Assembly (NCBI GenBank): GCA_040218735.1
Contig: JAVJQW010000057.1
Coordinates: 352,001 to 416,000, forward strand
Source: Deltaproteobacteria bacterium
GTDB lineage: Bacteria; Myxococcota; Kuafuiibacteriia; Kuafuiibacteriales; Kuafuiibacteriaceae
Direction: 5' to 3'
Length of the DNA stretch: 64,000 nucleotides
A program made the position numbers and the translations under genes. The notes beneath the pieces were generated by a model. That model was not told the DNA's origin. It was given only the letters and a program-made list of their open reading frames with translations, and ran no database searches. This document shows positions 1 through 11,403 of this stretch, piece by piece; the stretch's first letter is position 1; each line of letters begins with the position of its first letter.

Positions 1-57
1 CACGAAGACGAGCCCACGAGCTTCGTGGGCTACGTCGGCGTGGTGCTCGAACGCTGA
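1..57 (+). CDS. 3' end of a gene entering from the left (partial)
   Basis: Frame 1 reads HEDEPTSFVGYVGVVLER-stop (TGA 55-57) with GC-rich third positions typical of the window; too short to assign a product. Confidence 0.4.
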   Translation, partial: HEDEPTSFVGYVGVVLER

Positions 58-296
58 CGCCAAAGCCGTTCACCCCGCGCATGGGCCAACGTCGAGCACC
101 CACGCGGCGGCGTAAACGCCTTGCGGCCGGGCGCTACGGCCTCGCGGAAAAGCGCGCCCCTCGGCCACGCGTTTCGCCGGGCGGGTGAAGGAGCTCCGGG
201 GACCGCCATAACCTGGGACGACGACCGCGCTGTCGAATCGCGCGCGGCAGCTGCCGTCACGCGCTGCCCTCCCGCGGCTGCGGTGGTGGATGCTCT

Positions 297-496
297 TCAC
301 GCCACGGACGCTCGGAGCACGAGCCCAGACTGGGCCGGGTGGTAGCGTCGCTCGCGAATCCTCCGATCGATGAACGCGTGACCCATCACCTCACGCGCCT
401 CGTGTAGGTTGTGCGCGCGTTCTTCTTCTACTCGAGCCGTTCAACGTACAGCGAGAGCACCGCTTCGAAGATCTCTCCAATGTCCGTCCCGGGCGG
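297..496 (-). pseudogene. Inverted, internally deleted remnant of an HNH endonuclease paralogue
   Basis: Reverse complement reads PPGTDIGEIFEAVLSLYVERLE*KKN joined directly to RAHNLHEAREVMGHAFIDRRIRERR. These match 780-857 and about 1087-1165 of the adjacent HNH gene. It has an in-frame TAG and lacks the intervening ~230 bp. Confidence 0.8.
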
Positions 497-500
497 ACGC

Positions 501-1250
501 GATCAGCCCGAACACCTCGGGCTGCTCGCGACCGGTGAGCTGCACATGACCGGCGTCGCGAAGCTCTCCAAGTTCATGAACGACGACAACGCCCACAGCC
601 TCGTCGAGCAGGCGAAAAACAAGTCCAAGGCCGAGGTCGAGATGCTCATCGCTACCGAGTTCCCCGGAGCGAAGAGCTGCGAAGACCGCGTCGAGGCGGC
701 GACGCCCGACACGTTCGCTTTTCACTTCGACGGGCGCGCCGAAGCCAAGGCGCTCTTGGATCGAGCCAAGGAGCTCACCCCGCCTGGGACGGACATCGGG
801 GAGATCTTCGAAGCGGCGCTTGCGCTCTACGTGGAGAAGCTGGAGAGGAGGAAGAACGGAAAGACGAGCCGTCCGCGATCGAAACCCGCCGAGGATGCAC
901 CCGTGGGTGCAGCGTACGTCCCGGCGGCAACGCGCCGCGCGGTGGTGGAGCGCGACGGCGCGCAGTGCACGTACGTGAGCCCGGGCGGTCGGCGATGCAG
1001 CGAACGGTCGAACCTCGAATTCGATCACGTGGGCGGGCGCGCGCTGGGCGCCAAGAGCGTGGTCGGTGAGTTGCGCTTGCTGTGTCGCGCGCACAACCTT
1101 CACGCGGCGAACGCAGTGATGGGTCGCGCCCTCATCGATCGGAGGATTCACGAGCGCCGCTCTACCCAGTCCAGGCAAGACGCGTGTACCGAGCGCCGGC
1201 GGCGTGACCCGCTTCCGACTTCGCCGGCACGCGCGGAGGGCAGCTCGTGA
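501..1250 (+). pseudogene. 5'-truncated HNH endonuclease (myxobacterial DUF222/13E12-like repeat family)
   Basis: LATGELHMTGVAKL...KSKAEVEMLIA segment, and YVPAATRRAVVERDGAQCTY-x6-C...LEFDH...LRLLCRAHN HNH motif. The usual N-terminal part is replaced by the inverted remnant. First in-frame ATG after the junction is 546. Confidence 0.75.
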
Positions 1251-1455
1251 GAGCGATACCAGCCGGTGTTCGAGAGCGCGGCCCTCCTTCGGAGCACTGC
1301 GCTCCGCGCCCCCTCCTTCACCAGCCCCGCGAAGCGGCGGCCGAGGGACGCGTCGCTCCGCGGCGACGGCGCGCTCCCCTGCGTCGAGGCGCCCCTCGCC
1401 GCCTGATGGGGGCTCGAGGATGGCCCGTCCGCTAAGCCAACGGCATTGCGGCTCT

Positions 1456-1694
1456 AGCCGGAAGCCCGCCTCGAAAGAGGCGGGCCTGAGGGCTGTGCCA
1501 AGCAGGTTCGCGCAGCGAAGCTGCGTTATGGCCGAGCCGGAAGCCCGCCTCGAAAGAGGCGGGCCCGAGGGCTGTGCCAAGCAGGTTCGCGCAGCGAAGC
1601 TGCGTCATGGCCGAGCCGGAAGCCCGCCTCGAAAGAGGCGGGCCTGAGGGCTGTGCCAAGCAGGTTCGCGCAGCGAAGCTGCGTCATGGCCTAG
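1456..1694. repeat. Three tandem 79-bp palindromic (REP/BIME-like) units flanked by CTAG
   Basis: Units start at 1456, 1535 and 1614 and differ at only 2-3 positions. Each has gcccgcctc-GAAA-gaggcgggc and ttcgc-GCA-gcgaa hairpins. CTAG occurs at 1454-1457 and 1691-1694. Confidence 0.95.
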
Positions 1695-1729
1695 TTGACT
1701 CATGGGCGGGGGTGGGCTCGATTCCGCGC

Positions 1730-2089
1730 GTGTCCATCGTCTTCTACGACGCCCTCCACGTGATCGGGGCGCTCCTCACGTTCACCGGCCTCGGCGGCCT
1801 CGCAGCGCTCGCGCTCTCGGGGAGCTACGACAACAAGGCGGCGCGCATCCCGTTCGTGATGTGCCACGGGATCGGCCTGCTGATCCTCCTCGTCGCCGGG
1901 TTCGGTGCGCTCGCGAAGCTGGGCGTCGGCTTCCCGCCGTGGGTGATCGTCAAGCTCGTGCTGTGGCTGTTCCTCGGCGCGTCCCTGACGCTGTTCAAGC
2001 GCAAGGCCGCGCTCGCGAAGACGCTGGTGCTCGTGGTGATCGCGGCCGGCGTGGCCGCCGCCTACCTCGGCAACTTCAAGCCGTTCTGA
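1730..2089 (+). CDS. Small four-helix membrane protein (SirB2/DUF2269-like)
   Basis: GTG start at 1730. MSIVFYDALHVIG...HGIGLLILLVAGFG...PWVIVKLVLWL...KPF has four hydrophobic segments with conserved His residues and a KPF terminus. The longer ORF start (1574) lies inside the repeat. Confidence 0.7.
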   Translation: MSIVFYDALHVIGALLTFTGLGGLAALALSGSYDNKAARIPFVMCHGIGLLILLVAGFGALAKLGVGFPPWVIVKLVLWLFLGASLTLFKRKAALAKTLVLVVIAAGVAAAYLGNFKPF

Positions 2090-3056
2090 GCTGCGCGCGC
2101 AGCGCCTCGGAACGATCGAGCCGGGCGCCGAGCGCGTGCGGCATCGGCGCGTCCGGCACCCCGCGCCGGCGCGCGATCGTCTTCAGATCGTAGATCGGCA
2201 CGTCGAGCGCGAGGCGCTCGAACGGAGCCGCTCGCCACACGAACAGCGCGGGCACGTCCGCCAGGAACGCGCCGAGCCGCGCGGCGGCTTCGTCCGCGGA
2301 CACCACCTCGGCGTCCGCGAGGCCACACCGAGCCCAACGCTCCGCCGACACGTCCGCGTCGAGCCGGAGTGAGAGCTCCGCCGGACCGCGGCGCACCGCC
2401 CACGCGACCGCTTCACCGCCGACCCGGAGCGCCGCGCCGATCGCCGCGTCGTCCCGCGCCAACGCGACGCGCTCGGCGGACGGGCGTCGGCGCTTGCGCA
2501 TCCGCGCGACCGGTGAGGCCTGGTGCGCGACCATCCTCGCCTCGCGCGCTTCGAATGCCGCGAACAAGGTCGACACCCCGGGCGCGAGCTCGGGCTCGAA
2601 GTGTACGAGCGCCGACGCGACCGCCTCCACGGTCGCCATCCCGCGCGGCGTCTTCTCGCGGCGCGTCCGATAACGCCCCGGCGTCGACGGCGTCAGCACG
2701 ATCTTCGGGAGCGCCGCGAGCCACGGGTTGTCGCGCAGGATGACGCGCGCCCCCGACCACGTCCCGTCGATCGCGATCAGGTGCTCGGGCGCCGCGGCGG
2801 CTTCGATGGGTGTCGCGTCGTCGCCCGGCCACAGCAGCGTCCCGACGACGGGGGCGTGGGTCACGCCGCAGCGGACGTCGAGGCGTTCGAGCGAGGCCGC
2901 GAGCAGACCGAGCGTCCCGAACGCGTGTCGCGCCTCGCGGGGGTGCTGAAGGATCGTGACGGGCACGCGGTTGTCGATCCGCGCGACGATCGAACAGACG
3001 CACCCCACCGGCGATTGCCAGCACGTCGGGCAGCGGACAGGTTGCGGCGCGTTCAT
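2076..3056 (-). CDS. DTW-domain tRNA-uridine aminocarboxypropyltransferase (TapT/YfiP-like) with C-terminal extension
   Basis: RCxxC...CxC zinc motif, ILQHPRE, IDGTW and T/STxEA-like (MATVEAV) motifs. Start taken as ATG at 3056. Confidence 0.85.
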   Translation of the reverse strand: MNAPQPVRCPTCWQSPVGCVCSIVARIDNRVPVTILQHPREARHAFGTLGLLAASLERLDVRCGVTHAPVVGTLLWPGDDATPIEAAAAPEHLIAIDGTWSGARVILRDNPWLAALPKIVLTPSTPGRYRTRREKTPRGMATVEAVASALVHFEPELAPGVSTLFAAFEAREARMVAHQASPVARMRKRRRPSAERVALARDDAAIGAALRVGGEAVAWAVRRGPAELSLRLDADVSAERWARCGLADAEVVSADEAAARLGAFLADVPALFVWRAAPFERLALDVPIYDLKTIARRRGVPDAPMPHALGARLDRSEALRAQLRTA

Positions 3057-3082
3057 CTCGACAGCGGCCTCGAAGCGCTGCG

Positions 3083-4570
3083 ATGATGCCGCCGCGCGTG
3101 CGAGCACGAAAGCCCATCTTCGTCGCGGTCGCCATCGTGACCGCCTGCCACGCGACGGAGCCGCTCGAGCCGCTCACGATCGAGGACGCGGCGTCGGTCT
3201 TCTTCGTCGGCGAGCGCGACGAGGCCCCGGCGTTCACCTACGCCTTCACCGTCGCGCCCGACGGCGCGGTCGAGCTCCCGCCGCTCGCGTCGCGGCCCGG
3301 CGATCGGTGGTGGGCGGTCGCGAACGCGTGTGACCTCGAGACCCTCGGCGTGGACGACGGCGGCACGGTGCTCGATCCGGAGCCCGCGTTCGACGCCAAC
3401 CCCTTCCCGGAGCCCATCGCCGTGCGGAGCATGAGCCCCTCGGCGGAGGGGACGTGGTCCGACGCCGCGATGTCCGCCGCGGTGGACGAAGCGCTCCGTC
3501 GCTTCCCGTTGGACCCCGAGTACCTGTGTGCGTCGGTCGAGCCCCAGCTCGACATCGCGGTGCGCGAGGTCCGGTTCGACACGCCCGATCTCTACCTGCC
3601 GACGTTCGTCACGGAGCTCGACGACGGTCGGATCTTCACCACGCTCCTGCAGGCCGACGACTTCTTCTCCTTCGCGCCGACGAGCACGACCGGCTACTCC
3701 GCGTACACCTTCGAGCTCGGCAACAGCGACGATCCGGTGCAGATCGACGTCGGGCCGCACATCGTGCTGGGCGGCTACCAGGCGCCCGACGGCGAGGTCT
3801 GGCTCGTCACCACGCAAGACCTCCTGCGTGGTCACCCGGACACGGGCTTCACCGTGGCCGCGTCGCTCGCGATGGCGACGCCGTACCGTCGCGTGTGGGT
3901 CAGCGGGATGGGGAGCGCCGACGCCACGGTGCTCGCGATCTCCACCAGCGCGTGGGACGGGCTGTCGACGCCGTTCATGCGGAGAGTGCTTCGCTACGAA
4001 GCCGGCAACGTCGTGCAGGTCGACGCGGACGACCGCGACGAGCCGATGCCGCAGACGACGTTCCTCGACAACGGCGATCTGTTCGTCATCAACCTGAAGA
4101 CCGAGCCGCAGGTCGCGACCATCTACGGTACGGGCGCGCCGCGGACGATCCCCGTCCCCGACGAGGGGCGCTTCTTCGAGCTGCTCGACGATCCGAACGC
4201 GGGCCTGTTGCTCCGCCACAGCGACAACAAGATCTTCCGCTTCGACGGCGCGGGGTTCGAGCTGTTCCTCGAAGATGTGTCGGTGCTCGGCACGCGCTTC
4301 GACACACCGACCGGGACGATCCTCGCGGGCAACGCGGTCAGCCGCGTCTCGGGGAAGCCGTCGTTCGGTCAGGTCACGGTCGTGCAGCACCTCGAACGCA
4401 CCGGCGTGTGCAGCTACCCGATGGCGGCTGCGTCGATCTCCGCGGTCAACATCCTCCCCCTCGCCGCGCCGGGGACGGTTCTCGCGACCGAGCTGTCGGC
4501 GACGCCCGGGCAGCTGCGTGCGACGACGATCACGCTCGATGCGCTCGCAGACCCCTGCCTGCTGAGGTGA
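3083..4570 (+). CDS. Hypothetical lipoprotein, probably beta-propeller-rich
   Basis: Basic N-terminus, hydrophobic stretch and lipobox-like VTAC; acidic beta-rich sequence with coding-type codon bias. Confidence 0.7.
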   Translation: MMPPRVRARKPIFVAVAIVTACHATEPLEPLTIEDAASVFFVGERDEAPAFTYAFTVAPDGAVELPPLASRPGDRWWAVANACDLETLGVDDGGTVLDPEPAFDANPFPEPIAVRSMSPSAEGTWSDAAMSAAVDEALRRFPLDPEYLCASVEPQLDIAVREVRFDTPDLYLPTFVTELDDGRIFTTLLQADDFFSFAPTSTTGYSAYTFELGNSDDPVQIDVGPHIVLGGYQAPDGEVWLVTTQDLLRGHPDTGFTVAASLAMATPYRRVWVSGMGSADATVLAISTSAWDGLSTPFMRRVLRYEAGNVVQVDADDRDEPMPQTTFLDNGDLFVINLKTEPQVATIYGTGAPRTIPVPDEGRFFELLDDPNAGLLLRHSDNKIFRFDGAGFELFLEDVSVLGTRFDTPTGTILAGNAVSRVSGKPSFGQVTVVQHLERTGVCSYPMAAASISAVNILPLAAPGTVLATELSATPGQLRATTITLDALADPCLLR

Positions 4571-4796
4571 CGAATTGTCGGGTCGGTCGAACGGCGGACC
4601 GGGGTTCGACCTGAGGCGGCGACGACACCGAATCGCGTAACGCTACGGAAGGAGATCGTAGGTGAACGCGTAAGACCGGATGCCGGGGTTTATCGAGGTC
4701 TGAGGCATCGGCGTCACAGCCCGCGCGAAGGTCACACAAGGCCGGCGGGTGTGAGTCGAGCGGAGCGCTTCGATTTGGTACAGTTTTGGTGGTTCC

Positions 4797-6788
4797 ATGC
4801 AGCGTTTCATCCTCCGAAGTCTTCTGCTGAACGTCGCGCTGGGGGGTACGCTCGCGATGGCTGGCTGCGTCGAGTCCGTCGGCGGTGGTCGACGCCTCGC
4901 GGTCGAAGAGCGTAACAACGTCGTCTTCGACGCCGGGCCCATGGTGATCCGCGACGGGGGACCGGTCGTGAACAACGATCGGGACGGCGGCGTGAGCGAG
5001 AAACCGCGCGACGGCGGCGTGCTCCCCGACCGCGACGGCGGTCAGATCATCGAGCCGTTCACGTTCGCGACCGTCGGCACCCGCTGCACGACCGGCGCGT
5101 TCACGAACTGGATCGTGTTGTCCGAGACCACGAGCGACTGCGCGACCCACGGCGACATCCTCGAAAACGGCAACCAGGGCGCGAGCGTCGCGTACGCGGA
5201 GCTGCCCAACACGATCACCCCGCCGATGAACGTCACCCTCCCCGCGCAGGTCTGCCTGGGGGGCACGTGTGAACCGCGAAACCTCGTCCTGCGGATCGAC
5301 TCCTTCTCGGAGGGCGTGGGCATGACCGGCAACTGGACGATCGCCCTCGACGACGCGATCGCGACCGGGGACCTGAACGCCGGGTGGTGCGCGTACGACG
5401 ACAGCCGCCCCGGCGGCGCGGCGACGCTCGCGGGGGGCCTGTCGATCAGCGAGGTCGCCATCTACCAGAGCGTGAAGATCAGCTTGATGCAGGACGGCAA
5501 CCTCATCAACCCGGTCAACGCACCCGTGGTCGAGAACCGCGAAGCGGTCGTGCGGGCGTTCGTCACGCGCGGCGCCGGGTGGCAGCCGCGGGAGATCGTC
5601 GCGCGCATGACCTTCGAGCACCCGCTGTTCGGCGGTACGCCGCGCATCTACGAAGAGCGCATGACGGTGTCGGTCGACTCCACGGAGACCAACGGCAACT
5701 CGACGTTCAACTTCGAGATCCCGCCCGAGACACTCCTCGAAGACGCCGAGTACAGCATCGGCCTGTACGAGACCGAGGCGTGCGCGCCGGGCTCCGGCAA
5801 CACCGCGGGCGCCCTCTTTCCGACCGCGGGGACGCAGCAGCTCCCGATCGCGAGCAGCGGGAGCGTCTTCAACGTCGTGTTGACCCCGGTGCGTTACAAC
5901 GGGGACGGCTCCGGTCGGCTGCCCGACACGTCCCCGGCGCAGGTCCAGCGCTACTACGACCTGATGTACGCGATGTTCCCGGTGGCGACGCTCAACCTGT
6001 CGGTGGGCAACGTGCTGGACTGGAACCAGCCGGTGAACCCGACGAGCCAGGCCGGGTGGAGCAACCTCCTCGACGCGCTGCTGTCGCACCGCAACAGCGA
6101 GAACCCGCCGGACAACACGTACTACTACGGGATCTTCGCGCCGGCGTCGTCGTTCGGTGCCTACTGCCAGGGCGGCTGCATCGCTGGCCTCGGCCCGCTC
6201 CCGAACGCGAGCAACACGTACTCACGCGGAGCGATCGGTCTCGGCTTCAGCGGCGACGGCTCCACCGAGACGTTCGTGCACGAGATCGGACACACGCTCG
6301 GTCGCCAGCACGCGCCGTGCGGCGTCCAGTCGGCGGACGGCAACTACCCGTACAACGGGGCGCGCCTCGGCGTGTGGGGCCTCAACATGATCACGCGGAC
6401 GCTGATCGACCCGAACGACACGCGGGACATGATGAGTTACTGCGACCCGATCTGGATCTCCGACTACAACTACACGGCGATCTTCAACCGCATCCGGACG
6501 ATCAACCAAGGCTTCCCGTTCACCTCCTTCGGACCGACGGAGTGGAAGGTCGTGATGCAGGACGGCGACGGCGTGCGCTGGGGTTCGTCGGTGATCCTCG
6601 AGGAGCCGCCGGGCGGGCGAGCGACGGGGGTACAGTTCATCGGTGCCAACGGCGAGGTCCTGGACTCGGTCGTGGGTCGCTCGGTGCCGCTGAGTCACTT
6701 CGAGGGTCGGCACGTCCTCATCCCGAAGCCCATCGAGGGCACCGTATTCGTGGACGTCGAGGGCGCCGGGCGGATCGCCGCTCCGTAG
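4797..6788 (+). CDS. Lipoprotein zinc metallopeptidase (M66-like)
   Basis: Lipobox MAGC, DAG/RDGG linker, HEIGHTLGRQHAPC extended zinc motif and DMMSYC Met-turn. Confidence 0.85.
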   Translation: MQRFILRSLLLNVALGGTLAMAGCVESVGGGRRLAVEERNNVVFDAGPMVIRDGGPVVNNDRDGGVSEKPRDGGVLPDRDGGQIIEPFTFATVGTRCTTGAFTNWIVLSETTSDCATHGDILENGNQGASVAYAELPNTITPPMNVTLPAQVCLGGTCEPRNLVLRIDSFSEGVGMTGNWTIALDDAIATGDLNAGWCAYDDSRPGGAATLAGGLSISEVAIYQSVKISLMQDGNLINPVNAPVVENREAVVRAFVTRGAGWQPREIVARMTFEHPLFGGTPRIYEERMTVSVDSTETNGNSTFNFEIPPETLLEDAEYSIGLYETEACAPGSGNTAGALFPTAGTQQLPIASSGSVFNVVLTPVRYNGDGSGRLPDTSPAQVQRYYDLMYAMFPVATLNLSVGNVLDWNQPVNPTSQAGWSNLLDALLSHRNSENPPDNTYYYGIFAPASSFGAYCQGGCIAGLGPLPNASNTYSRGAIGLGFSGDGSTETFVHEIGHTLGRQHAPCGVQSADGNYPYNGARLGVWGLNMITRTLIDPNDTRDMMSYCDPIWISDYNYTAIFNRIRTINQGFPFTSFGPTEWKVVMQDGDGVRWGSSVILEEPPGGRATGVQFIGANGEVLDSVVGRSVPLSHFEGRHVLIPKPIEGTVFVDVEGAGRIAAP

Positions 6789-6821
6789 ACGTCTGGCCCG
6801 CGAGGCCAAGGCGTGCGCAGA

Positions 6822-7964
6822 ATGCACGCGGTGGCGGGGGCCGGCGTAGAGACTTGGTACCGCGCGCTCGTCGAGTTCGCGCCTGACGCGCTCGTGCTCG
6901 TCGACCGCGACGGCAAGATCGTCCTCGTCAACAAACAGACGGAGGTGCTGTTCGGGTACACGCGCGAGGCGCTCATCGGTGCGGACGTCGAGCTGCTCGT
7001 ACCCGAGGAGGCACGGGCTGCGCACGTCGGACATCGGCGCGGCTACGACGCGCAGCCGAACGTACGCCCCATGGGCGCGGGGCTCCGACTCGAAGGGAGG
7101 AGGAACGACGGTGCGCGCTTCCCGATCGAGATCAGCCTGTCCCCCCTGCAGACGGAGTCCGGACAGTACGTGACCGCCGCGATCCGCGACATCACCGACC
7201 GTCGCGTCGCCGAGCGCAAACTCGCCGAGACGGCGGCGCGGCTCGAGGCGCAGAACAAGGAGCTCGAGCAGTTCGCCTACTCCGCGTCGCACGATCTTCA
7301 AGCGCCGCTTCGCACGATCATCGGGTTCACGGAGGTGCTCCGCGAGAAGCTCGGCGACGACCTCGACGAAGAGGCCGCCGAATACTTCGCCTTCATCGAG
7401 AGCGACGCACACCGGATGCGCACGCTCATCCTCGACCTCCTCGAGCTGTCCCGTACGAACAACGCCAACGTCGAGCTCGTCCCCGTCGAGGCGGAGGACG
7501 TGGTGGCGCAGGCGTGCCGTCAGCTGGACGTCGAGCTGAAGGAGAAGGGCGCCGTCGTGGCGCGCGACGGGCTCCCGCAGGTGAAAGCGGACCCTGCGCT
7601 GCTCGGCCGTGTGTTCCAGAACCTGCTGTCCAACGCCGTGAAGTTCGCGTCGGACGAGCGCGCGCCGCACATCGTCATCTCCGCGGAGCGCGAGGATGCG
7701 GACCGCTGGCGCTTCGCCGTCGCGGACAACGGCATCGGAATCCCCGCGCGACGCATCGAAAGGACCTTCGAGGTCTTCAAGCGTTTCCACGACCCGAAGA
7801 AGTACGAAGGCACGGGGATCGGCACCGCGATCTGCAAGAAGGTGGTCGAGCTGCACGGCGGTCGCATCTGGGTCGAGTCGACCGAAGGGGTCGGCACGAC
7901 CTTCTTCTTCACGCTCTACGACGCCCTCGCGTACGATCTCGAAGTCACCCAAGACATGGGGTAG
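6822..7964 (+). CDS. PAS-domain sensor histidine kinase
   Basis: PAS (APDALVLVDRDGKIVLVN...FPIEISLSP), H-box FAYSASHDLQAPLR, N-box NLLSNAVKF, DNGIGI and GTGIG. Start codon uncertain (6813/6822). Confidence 0.92.
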   Translation: MHAVAGAGVETWYRALVEFAPDALVLVDRDGKIVLVNKQTEVLFGYTREALIGADVELLVPEEARAAHVGHRRGYDAQPNVRPMGAGLRLEGRRNDGARFPIEISLSPLQTESGQYVTAAIRDITDRRVAERKLAETAARLEAQNKELEQFAYSASHDLQAPLRTIIGFTEVLREKLGDDLDEEAAEYFAFIESDAHRMRTLILDLLELSRTNNANVELVPVEAEDVVAQACRQLDVELKEKGAVVARDGLPQVKADPALLGRVFQNLLSNAVKFASDERAPHIVISAEREDADRWRFAVADNGIGIPARRIERTFEVFKRFHDPKKYEGTGIGTAICKKVVELHGGRIWVESTEGVGTTFFFTLYDALAYDLEVTQDMG

Positions 7965-8000
7965 CGCGCGAGGCGCGACCGGGGCCATGATGCGCCCCCG

Positions 8001-8680
8001 ATGCAGCCCCAAGATCTCGAGAAGAAGACCGCCGCGGTCGCTAGCCTCGCCTACGTCGAAGACGGGATGCGCCTCGGCCTCGGATCCGGCTCGACATCCG
8101 CGGCGATGGTGCACGCGCTCGGCGAGAAGGTCCGCGACGGCGGGCTGCGGATCGAATGCGCCGTGCCGACGTCCGCCGAGACCCGCGCGATCGCCGAGAG
8201 CTACGGCATCCCGATCAAGTCGCTCGACGACGTCGAAGGGCTCGACCTCACGATCGACGGCGCCGACGAAGCCGACCCGAAGCTCGCGCTCATCAAGGGC
8301 GGCGGCGGCGCGCTGACCCACGAAAAGATCGTAGCGTCGGCGAGCGCGAAGTTCGTGGTGATCGTCGACGCGTCGAAGCTCGTCGACAAACTCGGCGCCT
8401 TCCGCGTCCCGGTCGAGGTGCTGCACTTCGCGGCGCGCCCGGTGAAGACGAAGATCGAAGCCCTGGGCGGAAAGGTGACGGTGCGCGAGAAGGGCGGCGC
8501 GCCGTTCGTCACCGAGGAGGGCAACCTGATCTATGACTGCGACTTCGGCCTCTTCGAGGACGCCCACGCGATCGCCGCGAAGCTCGCGCACCTCCCGGGT
8601 CTCGTCGAGCACGGCCTCTTCGTCGACATGGCCGACGTGCTGATCGTCGGACGCGGAGAGTCCACCGAGGTCCTCACGCG

Positions 8681-8684
<4 letters not shown>
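8001..8684 (+). CDS. rpiA: Ribose-5-phosphate isomerase A
   Basis: GLGSGST, IDGADE, IKGGGGALTHEKIVA and PGLVEHGLF signature motifs. Confidence 0.97.
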
Positions 8685-11353
<2,669 letters not shown>

Positions 11354-11403
11354 GTTCATTTGCTGTCGGAGCATTTTCGACCTTACATAGAGCGTCCGCG
11401 CCG

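Noticed and set aside
11-31. Palindrome agcccacga-gct-tcgtgggct as a terminator or operator
   Set aside because: It lies inside an apparent coding tail with no U-tract, and is plausible by chance.
411-500. N-terminus of the 279-aa HNH ORF
   Set aside because: It is the antisense of an inverted paralogue fragment, not genuine coding sequence.
441-1659. ORFs 441-1580(-), 1204-1647(+) and 1432-1659(-)
   Set aside because: They are read-through of the tandem repeat and the HNH antisense strand, with no protein-like features.
1456-1694. CRISPR array
   Set aside because: Units are contiguous near-identical 79-mers with no unique spacers, and no cas genes are in the window.
4585-4615. tRNA-like GGTTCGAC T-loop
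   Set aside because: No cloverleaf, acceptor stem or anticodon arm can be formed.
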